Shown one piece after another: positions 28,713 to 38,604 of a stretch of 64,000 nt of DNA; positions within the stretch are counted from its first letter, which is position 1; each line of letters begins with the position of its first letter. The stretch spans positions 1 through 64,000 of the forward strand of contig JBFGLM010000008.1 in the NCBI GenBank assembly GCA_041576165.1, read 5' to 3'. The position numbers were made by a program, and so were the translations under genes. The notes below the pieces were generated by a model, which did not search any database, was not told the origin of the DNA, and saw only the letters and a program-made list of their open reading frames with translations. Origin of the DNA: Acidimicrobiia bacterium (GTDB lineage Bacteria; Actinomycetota; Acidimicrobiia; Spongiisociales; Spongiisociaceae).

Positions 28713-29774
28713 GTGAATATCAAGCATGTGGCCGCACTGATGAGCCTGATCCTCGTGATGGCAGCGTGTGGGGGCGGCGACGATCCGACCGCTGACGATC
28801 CATCCCAGCAAAGGACGGAAGCGTCAGGGGTGGAAACAACAACCGCTGCGACCGCGGAGACGACGACTTCGATGGCCGCCACCGAGACGACGCAGGATGC
28901 CGCCACCGGAACCGGGGACGGCACCGCGGCCGGGGCCGGAGACGGCGACGCTACCGCACCCGGCAGCAACACCCTGGGCGCTGCGCTCCTTTCGGGTAGC
29001 GAGGCGGAGGTCACCTCGGCCCGGTTTGAGGCGAGCTTCACCTTCGTTCCCGAACCCGGCTCAGAACTCGAATTCCCCGATGCGGCGATTGTGATGGAAG
29101 GCGAGTTCGACAGCGCCACCGGTAATGCCCGCTTTCTGATGGACTTCGGCGCGTTTCTCTCCGCAGCTCCGACCGAAGATCTGGAAGGCATGCCCCCGGA
29201 GATGCTCGACGTCTTCGCCGAGCCGCTCGAACTGATCACGGTGGGCGACACGGCCTACATGAAGTGGGGGTTTTTCAATGCGCTCCTCGGTGCCGATGGA
29301 TGGGTCGAACTCCCAACCGACGAGGCCGGAACCGTGACCGGGCAGTTCGGGATGGGAGCGGAGGCGACCTCACCGACCCAGATGCTCGAGCAGCTTCGCG
29401 ACGCCAACGCCACCATCGAGGAGCTCGGCACCGAGACGATCCGCGGGGTCAGCACCACGCATTACCGGGCAACACTCAATCTCAAAGAACTGGCAGAGAC
29501 ACTTCCCCCTGACGAGCAGGCCGAACTGGAGAGCCAGTTTGGTGACACCGGCATCGAAGAGCTGCCGATGGAGATCTGGGTTGGGGACGACGGCCTGGTC
29601 TACCGATACACGATGGAGGTCGACGCGAGCTCGGCAGACACTGGAATGCCCGGTCTCCAATCCATGAGGATGGAGTTCGATATGTACGACTACGGGGCGG
29701 AGATCATCGTCGAACCTCCCGACCCGTCAGAGGTCACCACGATCGATCAGTTCGGGGGCCTGGCCGGCAGCTGA
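28713..29774 (+). CDS. LppX/LprAFG-like lipoprotein
   Basis: Lipobox MAAC, T/A/G-rich linker, GTETIRGVSTTHY and IWVGDDGLV. Confidence 0.82.
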   Translation: MNIKHVAALMSLILVMAACGGGDDPTADDPSQQRTEASGVETTTAATAETTTSMAATETTQDAATGTGDGTAAGAGDGDATAPGSNTLGAALLSGSEAEVTSARFEASFTFVPEPGSELEFPDAAIVMEGEFDSATGNARFLMDFGAFLSAAPTEDLEGMPPEMLDVFAEPLELITVGDTAYMKWGFFNALLGADGWVELPTDEAGTVTGQFGMGAEATSPTQMLEQLRDANATIEELGTETIRGVSTTHYRATLNLKELAETLPPDEQAELESQFGDTGIEELPMEIWVGDDGLVYRYTMEVDASSADTGMPGLQSMRMEFDMYDYGAEIIVEPPDPSEVTTIDQFGGLAGS

Positions 29775-29962
29775 CCCGGACCAGGACCAGTTGTCCGGAG
29801 CATGGACGTGAGTCTGCGTGAAGCTCCCGAGAGTCGACTGCTCGAGTGGCCTGGAGCCGGCACGGGCCGTTCGCCGCGGTCTGGATGGCTGCGACCACCG
29901 ATCCCTGGTTGACTCTCGACGGTCGTTGTACCCACCCCGTCCAGCTGGGACCATGGTGGGCC

Positions 29963-30640
29963 ATGGATCCGCGAGAGGAGCAAAAGCGTCGCGCCGGGGA
30001 GGCGGCGGCGAACCTGGTTACGAGCCAGATGCTGGTGGGTCTGGGCACGGGCACCACCGTGCGATACTTCATCGAGGCGATTGCCGAACGCATCCGGCTG
30101 GGCGATATCGCGGGGGTTTCTGGTGTGCCGACCTCTCGCGCCACCGCCGAGCTTGCACTCGATCGCGGGATCGCGTTGGTGGACCTCGAGGGTCCGCTCG
30201 ACCTGGCCGTCGACGGGGCCGACGAGGTAGCTGCGGACCTGTCACTGACGAAGGGCGGTGGGGGAGCGCTGCTGCGGGAGAAGATCGTGGCTGCGGCCGC
30301 CGACAGGTTCGTGGTTGTGGTCGACGCTGCCAAGAGCGTCGAGGTGCTCGGCAGCACATTCCGCCTGCCCGTCGAGATTTCCCGATTTGGCCACATCACC
30401 ACGGTTGAGCGTCTTCAGCGATTCGGTGACGCCGCCCTGCGCGGGGGCGCGCAGCCGACGGTGACCGACAACGGCAACTACATCGTGGATGTGGACACGG
30501 GTCCGATCGCCGAACCCGGCGCCCTGGATGGGGAGCTGTCCATCCTGCCGGGCGTGTTGTGCACGGGCCTTTTCGTCGGCTTGACCGACCTCGTATTCGT
30601 CGGCGTCGACGACGGAGTGGAGCAGCGGACACCGGCTTGA
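29963..30640 (+). CDS. rpiA: Ribose-5-phosphate isomerase A
   Basis: GLGTGTT, DGADEV, KGGGGALLREK and TDNGN motifs. Confidence 0.95.
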   Translation: MDPREEQKRRAGEAAANLVTSQMLVGLGTGTTVRYFIEAIAERIRLGDIAGVSGVPTSRATAELALDRGIALVDLEGPLDLAVDGADEVAADLSLTKGGGGALLREKIVAAAADRFVVVVDAAKSVEVLGSTFRLPVEISRFGHITTVERLQRFGDAALRGGAQPTVTDNGNYIVDVDTGPIAEPGALDGELSILPGVLCTGLFVGLTDLVFVGVDDGVEQRTPA

Positions 30641-30652
30641 TCGAGAGACATT

Positions 30653-31573
30653 TCAGCCGTTGCCGGCGCCCGTGAGGTCGATCAGCTGAAGGAGTGTGTC
30701 GGCAACGGCCCGAAACTCGGCGGCGGCCGCCGTGAATGTGGAGAGGCCTGCTCGGCGCAACTCCCCGGTATCGGGGGCCTTCAGGCCTTCCACCATGTTG
30801 TTCGCGGCCCGCTGAAGCGTGGCGGCCGAGGACACCAGCCGGTTGTGGCTCTCAGGACTCAGGCCCGCCGGCGGTGTTTGTAGACCCAGGCGCGAGTTGA
30901 TGTCGGCCATGTCTCCGGCGAGTGACTCGAGCGCGGCCAGGGTCTCCTGGAAATCGGCTTGCTCGTCCTCCCACCTATTGTTGATCAGCGTCGCCTGCTC
31001 GCTCAGCCCGTCCACGTCGTCGGCGAGCTCACCGACGAGTGATCCATACATCTCCGCTTCCAAACCACCGACGAGCGTTGTGCTCACCTCCGGTGTTTCT
31101 TCTTCGCCGCCGCGCAGAAACGTGAGTATGACGATGACCACCGCCGCCAGTCCCAGCAGAGCCCACGCGGCGAGCCGTATGGTCTCGCGGGGATCGCGGC
31201 CGGGCTGCGCAGGAACGTCGTGCTCGGCGGCGGCATCCGCCTCGCTTTCAAATGGGCGCCGCGTGCGGGTCTCAGCAGAGTCCGGATCCCACCAGCCCTC
31301 GTCGGCGGCGTCGCCTACGTAGTCGAGTGCAGACTCATCGTCGGGTGATTGGCCGGGCGCAGACTCGCGCAGCCGGGACCCACACTGCAGGCAGTATGTG
31401 GCCGAAGGAGGATTGTGCTCCCCGCACACGTGGCAGACCGGCCCGCCGGGCTCGGCCTGTCGCGGCGCCGGGCTGGGATTGATCATCGCGTCCGTGACCG
31501 GCTCCGGCTCAGCGGGTGCTATCCCGTCCCGAAAGGAGCCCTCCTGCTCGCGGCCATCGCGTGGAGAAGTCAT
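30653..31573 (-). CDS. Zinc-ribbon membrane protein
   Basis: CHVCG-x8-CLQCG, acidic linker, single TM segment, helical C-terminal domain. Confidence 0.8.
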   Translation of the reverse strand: MTSPRDGREQEGSFRDGIAPAEPEPVTDAMINPSPAPRQAEPGGPVCHVCGEHNPPSATYCLQCGSRLRESAPGQSPDDESALDYVGDAADEGWWDPDSAETRTRRPFESEADAAAEHDVPAQPGRDPRETIRLAAWALLGLAAVVIVILTFLRGGEEETPEVSTTLVGGLEAEMYGSLVGELADDVDGLSEQATLINNRWEDEQADFQETLAALESLAGDMADINSRLGLQTPPAGLSPESHNRLVSSAATLQRAANNMVEGLKAPDTGELRRAGLSTFTAAAAEFRAVADTLLQLIDLTGAGNG

Positions 31574-31662
31574 TTGCTCCGTCTCTCAGCGGTTTTGAGC
31601 CTAGTTTCCCGGGCCGTTCGAACGTCGGATATCGGGCAGAGACACCGAGCGCAGCGCGCGGC

Positions 31663-32622
31663 TCAGTGGTGGGCGGCCGTGGCGAGGTATTTCTGTAACA
31701 CGGTCCACACCGCTGGTTCGGCAAGCCGGCTCCGGAGCCCGGTCAGGGTTCGTATGAACGACGGGACGGCGGCGTCGGCATCCATAGGATTGGGCCGCAT
31801 CGATGAGAGCGCGCCAGGTGGTGGTTCGAGAACCAGGATCTCAGTGTCGGGCCACTCGGCGCGGATCAGCCCGAGCTCCTCTTCCAGCGCCCGGACCCCG
31901 ACGCCGTCGAACACGGATTCGAAGAAGGTTCCACCATCACGCCGTTCCGGCAGAGCCAGCGGGGCCATGACAATGATCAAATCGAGCGGATCGCCGTAGC
32001 CGAGCAGCAAATCTGCGTGCGTGCCGGACGCAACACCCCCGTCTACGTACAGCCGGCCGTCGATTGCATACGGATTGAAGACCAGCGGGATGGCCGACGA
32101 CGCAGCGACCGCGTCGGCTATCCCGGCTTCCGGAGCGCCGACGGTGCCGAATGCGACACGGCGTTTGGAGGCAACGTCGACCGCCACTACTGCGGTTGGC
32201 CGGTCGGGCCATTGATCCCCGGCGCCGTCGCCGATCTGGGCCCGGACCCAGTCGGCTACACCCCCGGCGTCGTACACCGCGGGGGTACCGATGGTGAACG
32301 TGACGCCCGGGGAAAGAACACCGGCGAGAACGCCGTGCCGGAGCCAGTTCACGACTTGGCGTTTTCCGCCCCGCCGGTAGATGGTCCGGCGAATTCGTCC
32401 CGCTACCTGGTCGCGGGTTTCGTGCGGCCGGACTATCGCGTCGACGTTGAGCTTTCCGAACCGCACCGTGGCCGCGACCGAGGAGCCGGCGGAGGTGCCG
32501 ACGATCACCTCTGCGTCGTTCGGATCCCATCCGGTGGCAAGCTGCACCGCCATGAGCGCCCCGAGTTGGTACGCGGCGCCGGTGATGCCGCCGCCACCAA
32601 GGACGAGCCCTACCCTGTGCAT
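31663..32622 (-). CDS. Patatin-like phospholipase
   Basis: LGGGG, GTSAG and DGG motifs. Confidence 0.92.
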   Translation of the reverse strand: MHRVGLVLGGGGITGAAYQLGALMAVQLATGWDPNDAEVIVGTSAGSSVAATVRFGKLNVDAIVRPHETRDQVAGRIRRTIYRRGGKRQVVNWLRHGVLAGVLSPGVTFTIGTPAVYDAGGVADWVRAQIGDGAGDQWPDRPTAVVAVDVASKRRVAFGTVGAPEAGIADAVAASSAIPLVFNPYAIDGRLYVDGGVASGTHADLLLGYGDPLDLIIVMAPLALPERRDGGTFFESVFDGVGVRALEEELGLIRAEWPDTEILVLEPPPGALSSMRPNPMDADAAVPSFIRTLTGLRSRLAEPAVWTVLQKYLATAAHH

Positions 32623-32722
32623 ATAGCGAGCTTAGGCAAGGTCGTGTGCGCTTTCGTAGTGTCTAGTCAGCCCATTTGTAGAGTTAGTCAGCCGATTCGC
32701 ACAGCTGGCCGGAACGCAGCCA

Positions 32723-33637
32723 ATGGTGCGTGAGCTGCGTGAGCTACGCACGCCGGACGACCTGCCGCAATTGGAACACCTCTTTCGAGCTGTGCATGCG
32801 GCGGACGGCCACTGGCCACTCGGAGAGCAGAAATACCTCGACCTTCAGCGGGGGCTCGGCCGGGAGTCGGAAGGGGTGGTCGCGCTGGTCGATGGCCGCA
32901 TCCACGGTTACTTGCATCTGACACCAAATCGGGATCCGGGCGGCTGGGGGATGGAACTAGCCATCGACCCCGACGTTCGTGACCGACCCGTCCTGGAAGC
33001 GCTGCTGGCCGCCGCTCAGGGGCGCGTGCGGGCGGCGGATGGGAGTTCCCTCAGCTACTGGCTGTACAACCAGGAGCCACCGCCTGCGCTGGCAGAGCAT
33101 GGGTTTGAGCCAGACCGTGAACTTCACCAGCTGCGGCGACGGCTGCCGGTTGATGAACAGGCTGTGGTCCCGGCCGGATTCGAAGTCCGTGGTTTCCGGC
33201 CCGGTCACGACGAGGAGCAATGGCTCAGGGTCAACAACCGCGCGTTTGCCGGCCATCCTGAGAATGGCAACTGGACGGCGGCCATCCTGGCCGAGCGAAT
33301 GGCGGTCGACTGGTTCGATCCAGATGGACTTCGCACTGCGTGGCACGGCGATCAAATGGCTGCGTTCAATTGGACAAAAGTGCATCACGACGGCTCGGGC
33401 GAGATCTACGTCATCGCCGTCCACCCCGAGTTCCAGGGCCAGGGGTTAGGGCGGGCAATCGCAGTCGATGGCCTCGATCATCTACACCGGGTTGGCGGCT
33501 GCGGGGAGGCATCGCTGTATGTCGACGCCGCCAACGTCGGTGGGCTGGCGCTGTACAACCGGCTGGGATTTGAGCTCGATCACACCGATCGGGCGTTCCG
33601 CTGGACGGTTCCGACCGCCGATGTCAGGGAACAGTGA
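32723..33637 (+). CDS. mshD: Mycothiol synthase
   Basis: Tandem GNAT domains: VNNRAFAGHPE, WFDPDG, WTKVH, GEIYVIAV, LYVDAAN. Confidence 0.9.
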   Translation: MVRELRELRTPDDLPQLEHLFRAVHAADGHWPLGEQKYLDLQRGLGRESEGVVALVDGRIHGYLHLTPNRDPGGWGMELAIDPDVRDRPVLEALLAAAQGRVRAADGSSLSYWLYNQEPPPALAEHGFEPDRELHQLRRRLPVDEQAVVPAGFEVRGFRPGHDEEQWLRVNNRAFAGHPENGNWTAAILAERMAVDWFDPDGLRTAWHGDQMAAFNWTKVHHDGSGEIYVIAVHPEFQGQGLGRAIAVDGLDHLHRVGGCGEASLYVDAANVGGLALYNRLGFELDHTDRAFRWTVPTADVREQ

Positions 33638-33836
33638 TCGAGTCCAGCCTGCCGAACGCACGTCCACAATCCTGGCAGTGAGTGTCCGTCTCGAGTGTCG
33701 CCGCGCGGCACCAAGGACAGGGCAGGTCCGCCGAGGCCGCCGATCGCACCCGTCTGCCGCCGGTTCGGGCAAGGTTCCCCCGGATGGTTATGACTGCGGC
33801 CGCCAGTACCGCACAGGTCAACAGCAGTTCGAACAT
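33624..33836 (-). CDS. Small membrane-anchored zinc-ribbon protein
   Basis: AGGAG RBS; N-terminal TM segment; CPWC...HCQDCG. Confidence 0.7.
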   Translation of the reverse strand: MFELLLTCAVLAAAVITIRGNLARTGGRRVRSAASADLPCPWCRAATLETDTHCQDCGRAFGRLDSITVP

Positions 33837-33942
33837 GTGCTCTCCTCGCTCGGGCCAGCCGCACGCTACCGCTGGTCGCGCTGAGAGTGGTGGATTTCGC
33901 GCTGTACACGTTCGCGACCGGGGTGGGAGCGCGAGCCGGGCG

Positions 33943-34770
33943 TCACTCCACCATCACAGAGAGTTGATCGACCATGTAGGCCAGGTCGGTCAGTGGACCG
34001 TCTCTCGTTTCCGCCTGGGTGAGGAGATACGAGCCGGCGTGATAGGCGACCCAGGACCGCATCGCGTCGTCGCTCATCATGCGCCCGTAGCCCTCGGTGA
34101 GCGCCTCACCGGCGTGAACCCCCACGTCGAGGCTCGTCATCCACACAGCCAGCGAATAGTCCCACTCTGGCGGTGCCAGAGTTGCCCAGCCCCAATTGAT
34201 CAGTGTCACTCGACCGTCGTCGGCCACCAGGAACTTGGCTGGCGTCGGGCGAGTATGGGCGGCGCGAGGCTCAGAAGCAATCGGTGGCGGCGCTGCGAGA
34301 GCGCTGTCGATCAGCTCGGCCGGCAGATTGAGCCGCCGCCGGTAGCGGCGGAGCCGGTCGAACACGGTGACGAACTCGGATCGCAGCCAGTATTCGTCGA
34401 TTCCGCCGGCGAGGTTGGTCAGTAGACCGGGATCGGCCTCGTGGAGGCGCCGCAGGATGGCGCCGGCTTTGCGAGCCGACGTCATGTTCTCTGGCATTGT
34501 CTGCAGGCTCCACTTGCCGCCATCGACGAATTGGGCCCACCAGTACTCGCCTTCGTTGCCGCGGTCCAGCACCTCGGGCACTCCGTCGATGCCGCCGAGA
34601 GCATCGAGCGCATGCTGCTCCCGCCTATACCGGCCATCATTGCCGTAGATCTTGACGATCGTGGTTCCACCGGTCGACCAGAGGCGGTAGTGGGTATCGG
34701 CACCGCTGGTCAACTGCTGGTATCGACCACCCTGCGCAATACGTCTGACGATGTCTTCCATCTTTTCCAT
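33943..34770 (-). CDS. APH-fold protein with degenerate catalytic motifs
   Basis: IVKIY, AILRRLH; HTRPTPAKFL in place of HGDxxxxN; INWGWA in place of IDW. Confidence 0.75.
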   Translation of the reverse strand: MEKMEDIVRRIAQGGRYQQLTSGADTHYRLWSTGGTTIVKIYGNDGRYRREQHALDALGGIDGVPEVLDRGNEGEYWWAQFVDGGKWSLQTMPENMTSARKAGAILRRLHEADPGLLTNLAGGIDEYWLRSEFVTVFDRLRRYRRRLNLPAELIDSALAAPPPIASEPRAAHTRPTPAKFLVADDGRVTLINWGWATLAPPEWDYSLAVWMTSLDVGVHAGEALTEGYGRMMSDDAMRSWVAYHAGSYLLTQAETRDGPLTDLAYMVDQLSVMVE

Positions 34771-34850
34771 GGGCGCCCTCGTTGAAAACTCGGCAAAGTG
34801 GCCGCGGTCGCTCGATTACCCTACCGACTCCTTATCGAACAGTTGGAGCG

Positions 34851-36788
34851 ATGGCTATAGAGCTCACTTATCCCGACGGCAGCACCGCAGAATTCGAGGA
34901 TGGAACCTCCGGTGCTGACGTTGCGGCCTCCATCGGCCCGCGCCTCGCCAGGGCCGCGGTGGCAGTGAAGCTCGATGGCGAGCTACTCGACCTCGACCGT
35001 CCGCTACCAAATGGGGGCAGGTTCGAAGTGGTTACGGATTCAACCGACGAAGGTCGCTCGGTCCTGCGGCATTCGGCCGCCCATGTTCTGGCCCAAGCGG
35101 TGCTCGCCCTGTTCGACAACGCCACCTTTGCGATCGGGCCGCCCATCACGGACGGCTTCTACTACGACTTCGACATTGGCCGGCCGTTCACGCCCGAGGA
35201 TATCGACGCCATCGAGGAGAAGATGCAAGAGATCATTGCGGCGGACCAGCCATTCATCCGCGATGAGATGTCACGGGACGAAGGCCTCCGGCTGTTTGCC
35301 GAACATCCCTTCAAACGCGAGATCATCGAATCGGTCGACGAAAGCGAGGTTGGGGCGGGCGGGACCGTCTCGGTGTACCGCAACAATGGCTTCGTCGACC
35401 TGTGCCGCGGCCCGCATGTCCCGTCGACCGGCCATCTCCAGGCGGTGAAGCTGCTGCGCTCGGCCGGCGCGTACTGGCGCGGTGACGAACACCGGCCTCA
35501 GCTCCAACGAATCTACGGCACTGCCTGGGAATCCCCGCAGGCACTCGCGGACTATCTCCACCGCCTCGAGGAAGCCGAGAAACGCGACCATCGCAAACTC
35601 GGCCGGGAACTCGACCTCTATTCGTTTCCCCCCAACCTGGGCGGTGGGCTGGCGGTATGGCACCCGAAAGGCGGCATGCTCCGCAAACAGGTCGAGGACT
35701 ACAGCCGCCGGATCCATGAGGAATTCGACTTCGATTTCGTCTATTCGCCCCACCTCGCCCGCTCCCAGCTGTGGCAGACATCGGGGCATCTGGACTTCTA
35801 CGCCGAGCTGATGTATCCGGGCATGGAGCTCGACGAGTCGGAGGAGTATCGGGTCAAGCCCATGAACTGCCCGTTCCACGTGATGATCTACCAATCGGAG
35901 GCGCGGTCGTATCGCGATCTACCGCTGCGCTTGGGTGAGTTGGGTGCGGTCTATCGCTATGAGATGTCGGGTGTACTGCACGGGTTGTTGCGTGCCCGCG
36001 GCTTCACCCAGGACGATTCGCACACTTTCTGTACGAGCGAACAAATGGCGGACGAGCTCGCAATGCACCTCGACTTCGTTCTGAGCCTGCTGCGCGATTT
36101 CGGTTTCGAGGAATTCGAGGCGGACCTGTCGACTCGCCCGGACGACAAGTGGGTGGGGACAATCGAGGAGTGGGACAGGGCTACCGAGGCGCTGAGGCAG
36201 GCGCTGGAGGGCAGTCCACTTCCGTCATTCCGCATCGCCGAGGGGGAGGGCGCCTTCTACGGGCCCAAGATCGACATTCACATAACCGATGCGATCGGCC
36301 GCCGCTGGCAGATGTCGACCATCCAGGTGGACTTCAACCTGCCGCAGCGGTTCGAGCTGGAATACATCACCGCCGCCGACACCCGGGAGCGGCCGGTGAT
36401 GATCCACTCCGCCAAGTTCGGATCGCTGGAGCGCTTCATAGGCATTCTCGTGGAGCACTACGCAGGGGCTTTTCCGATGTGGCTCTCACCGGTGCAGGCG
36501 GTGGTGGTACCGGTCGCCGACCGCCACGTCGAATACGCAGGGCGAGTGGCGGGTCAGCTCCGCGAACGGGGAGGTCTGCGGGTGGAGGTTGAGGCCGGGT
36601 CGGGCAAGCTGGGTGAAAAGGTCCGACGGGCTATCACCACCAAGACCCCGGCCATCCTCGTCGTGGGAGACAGCGACGTGGACAATTCCACTGCCGGCCT
36701 GCGCTTGCGCGGGGAAGACGAGGAGCGGGGGGTCGGACTGGACGATGTCGTCCAGCGGCTCAGCAAGGCAGCCGCGCCACCCCGCTGA
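34851..36788 (+). CDS. thrS: Threonine--tRNA ligase
   Basis: TGS domain, RHSAAH, DLCRGPH, RDHRKLG, KPMNCP and AFYGPKID motifs. Confidence 0.98.
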   Translation: MAIELTYPDGSTAEFEDGTSGADVAASIGPRLARAAVAVKLDGELLDLDRPLPNGGRFEVVTDSTDEGRSVLRHSAAHVLAQAVLALFDNATFAIGPPITDGFYYDFDIGRPFTPEDIDAIEEKMQEIIAADQPFIRDEMSRDEGLRLFAEHPFKREIIESVDESEVGAGGTVSVYRNNGFVDLCRGPHVPSTGHLQAVKLLRSAGAYWRGDEHRPQLQRIYGTAWESPQALADYLHRLEEAEKRDHRKLGRELDLYSFPPNLGGGLAVWHPKGGMLRKQVEDYSRRIHEEFDFDFVYSPHLARSQLWQTSGHLDFYAELMYPGMELDESEEYRVKPMNCPFHVMIYQSEARSYRDLPLRLGELGAVYRYEMSGVLHGLLRARGFTQDDSHTFCTSEQMADELAMHLDFVLSLLRDFGFEEFEADLSTRPDDKWVGTIEEWDRATEALRQALEGSPLPSFRIAEGEGAFYGPKIDIHITDAIGRRWQMSTIQVDFNLPQRFELEYITAADTRERPVMIHSAKFGSLERFIGILVEHYAGAFPMWLSPVQAVVVPVADRHVEYAGRVAGQLRERGGLRVEVEAGSGKLGEKVRRAITTKTPAILVVGDSDVDNSTAGLRLRGEDEERGVGLDDVVQRLSKAAAPPR

Positions 36789-36829
36789 CCCACCCGGATG
36801 ACCGGCCCGAGTCGGCGGGTCGGCGTGCC

Positions 36830-37294
36830 TCAGATGGCCTCGACGTAGGGAGCATCGACTAGGTCGCCGCTTTGCCCGTCCAACCGCACCAGCGCTCGCT
36901 GGGATGGCGGCTCGTCGGCTGCGTACACGATCACGTTCCACACCGGTTTCGAACGCCATCCTTCGAAGCCGACGGCGGCTGATACATGTCCGACGGGGAA
37001 CTCGATGGCCCGGGCCGCCCGGCCGAGTGCGTCTTCTTGTCGAATCGCCAGGTCCCACGCCGATATCCAGTGGTACGCCGCCAGCAGTACGAAGCCAGCG
37101 CAGATCGCCCGGTAGCCGGGCGTGACCGCAGCTGTCGCCCACCCGGCGAACGCCGCCCCGGCCAGGTACAAGTACGCAGCGAGCCGCCGGCGACGCGGAT
37201 TCGGGAACGCGTACGGACCGACGATGCTGGAGTCGAGATCCTCTGGCACGCCTTCTGCGTCGGCGATCTCCTGGGGGATCTCGATCGGTTCCAT
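36830..37294 (-). CDS. Hypothetical membrane protein
   Basis: Two TM segments; coupled to the gltA stop. Confidence 0.75.
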   Translation of the reverse strand: MEPIEIPQEIADAEGVPEDLDSSIVGPYAFPNPRRRRLAAYLYLAGAAFAGWATAAVTPGYRAICAGFVLLAAYHWISAWDLAIRQEDALGRAARAIEFPVGHVSAAVGFEGWRSKPVWNVIVYAADEPPSQRALVRLDGQSGDLVDAPYVEAI

Positions 37295-38583
37295 CAGCGC
37301 TGATCTATCGGGACGTAGTCCCGCAGCGGGACACCGGTGTACACCTGGCGGGGTCGCTGGATGCGGGTGTTCGGATTCACGATCATCTCTCGCCACTGGG
37401 CGAGCCATCCCGGCAGGCGACCAATCGCAAACAGCACTGTGAACATCTCGACCGGGAATCCCATCGCCCGGTAGATGATGCCCGAGTAGAAGTCGACGTT
37501 CGGATAGAGCTTGCGCTCCGCGAAGTAGTCGTCTTCGAGCGCGACTTGCTCGAGTTCGAGCGCCATCTCCAGCACTGGGTCGTGCATGTGGAGCTCGTCG
37601 AGGACCTCCTGGGCGTATCCCTTGATCAGCCGCGCCCGAGGATCGAAGTTTTTGTACACCCGATGTCCGAAGCCCATCAACCGGAACGGGTCATCGCGAT
37701 CCTTGGCCTTGGCGATGTATTTCTGGGTGTCACCCCCCTCGGCGATCATCGCGTCCAGCATCTCGAGCACCCGCTGGTTGGCGCCGCCGTGCAGTGGGCC
37801 GGAGAGCGCGTGGATGCCGGATGCGATGCAGGAAAACACATTGGCCTGGCCGGACCCGACCAGCCGCACAGCCGACGTCGACAGGTTCTGACCGTGGTCG
37901 GCGTGCAGGATGAACAGCACGTCGAGGGCCCGAGCCATGGCGGGGCTCACCTTGAACTCCTCAACGGGTAGAGCGAACATCATGTGGAGAAAATTCGTCG
38001 AATAATCCAGATCGTTCCGCGGATAGACGTAGGCCTGTGACATCCGATACTTGTAGGCCCAGGCGCTGATCGTTGGCAGCTTGGCGAGGAGCCGACGAGC
38101 CGATATGTCTCGGGCCTCAGCGTCGAGCGGATCGAGGGCATCTGGGTAGTACGAAGCCAAAGCAGAGACCGCCGAGGCGACCATCTGCATCGGATGGGCC
38201 CCGGTCGGGAACGCTTCAAACAGGTGACGCATGTCCTCGCGGATCAGGGTATGGGTATGGATATCTTGCACCCATGCGCCGAGCTCCGTGGGTGTCGGGA
38301 GCTCGCCGTGATACAGCAAGTACGCCACCTCGAGGAACGAGCTGTGTTCCACCAGCTGCTCGATGGGATACCCCCCATGACGTAGGATCCCGGCTTCTCC
38401 GTCCAGGTACGTCACCGAACTCTCGGTTTCGGCAGTGTTGGCGTAGCCCCTGTCGAAAGTTATCAAGCCGGTCTCGGAGCGCAGCCGGCTGATGTCGATC
38501 GCCTTCTCGGTAGTAGTCGACTCCACTACGGGCAAGTGAGCGGACGTGTCGCCAAACTCGAGTGTGGCCTCCGGATTACTCAT
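37294..38583 (-). CDS. gltA: Citrate synthase
   Basis: LHADH, GPLHGGAN, GFGHRVYK and PNVDFYSG motifs. Confidence 0.97.
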   Translation of the reverse strand: MSNPEATLEFGDTSAHLPVVESTTTEKAIDISRLRSETGLITFDRGYANTAETESSVTYLDGEAGILRHGGYPIEQLVEHSSFLEVAYLLYHGELPTPTELGAWVQDIHTHTLIREDMRHLFEAFPTGAHPMQMVASAVSALASYYPDALDPLDAEARDISARRLLAKLPTISAWAYKYRMSQAYVYPRNDLDYSTNFLHMMFALPVEEFKVSPAMARALDVLFILHADHGQNLSTSAVRLVGSGQANVFSCIASGIHALSGPLHGGANQRVLEMLDAMIAEGGDTQKYIAKAKDRDDPFRLMGFGHRVYKNFDPRARLIKGYAQEVLDELHMHDPVLEMALELEQVALEDDYFAERKLYPNVDFYSGIIYRAMGFPVEMFTVLFAIGRLPGWLAQWREMIVNPNTRIQRPRQVYTGVPLRDYVPIDQR

Positions 38584-38604
38584 TGATGCTCGTTCTCCCT
38601 CAGA

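Noticed and set aside
28556-29251. Long N-terminal extension of the UGSC ORF
   Set aside because: Antisense to the lipoprotein gene; the plausible start is ATG at 28555
34771-34850. T-box leader before thrS
   Set aside because: The gap is only about 80 bp and has no T-box consensus
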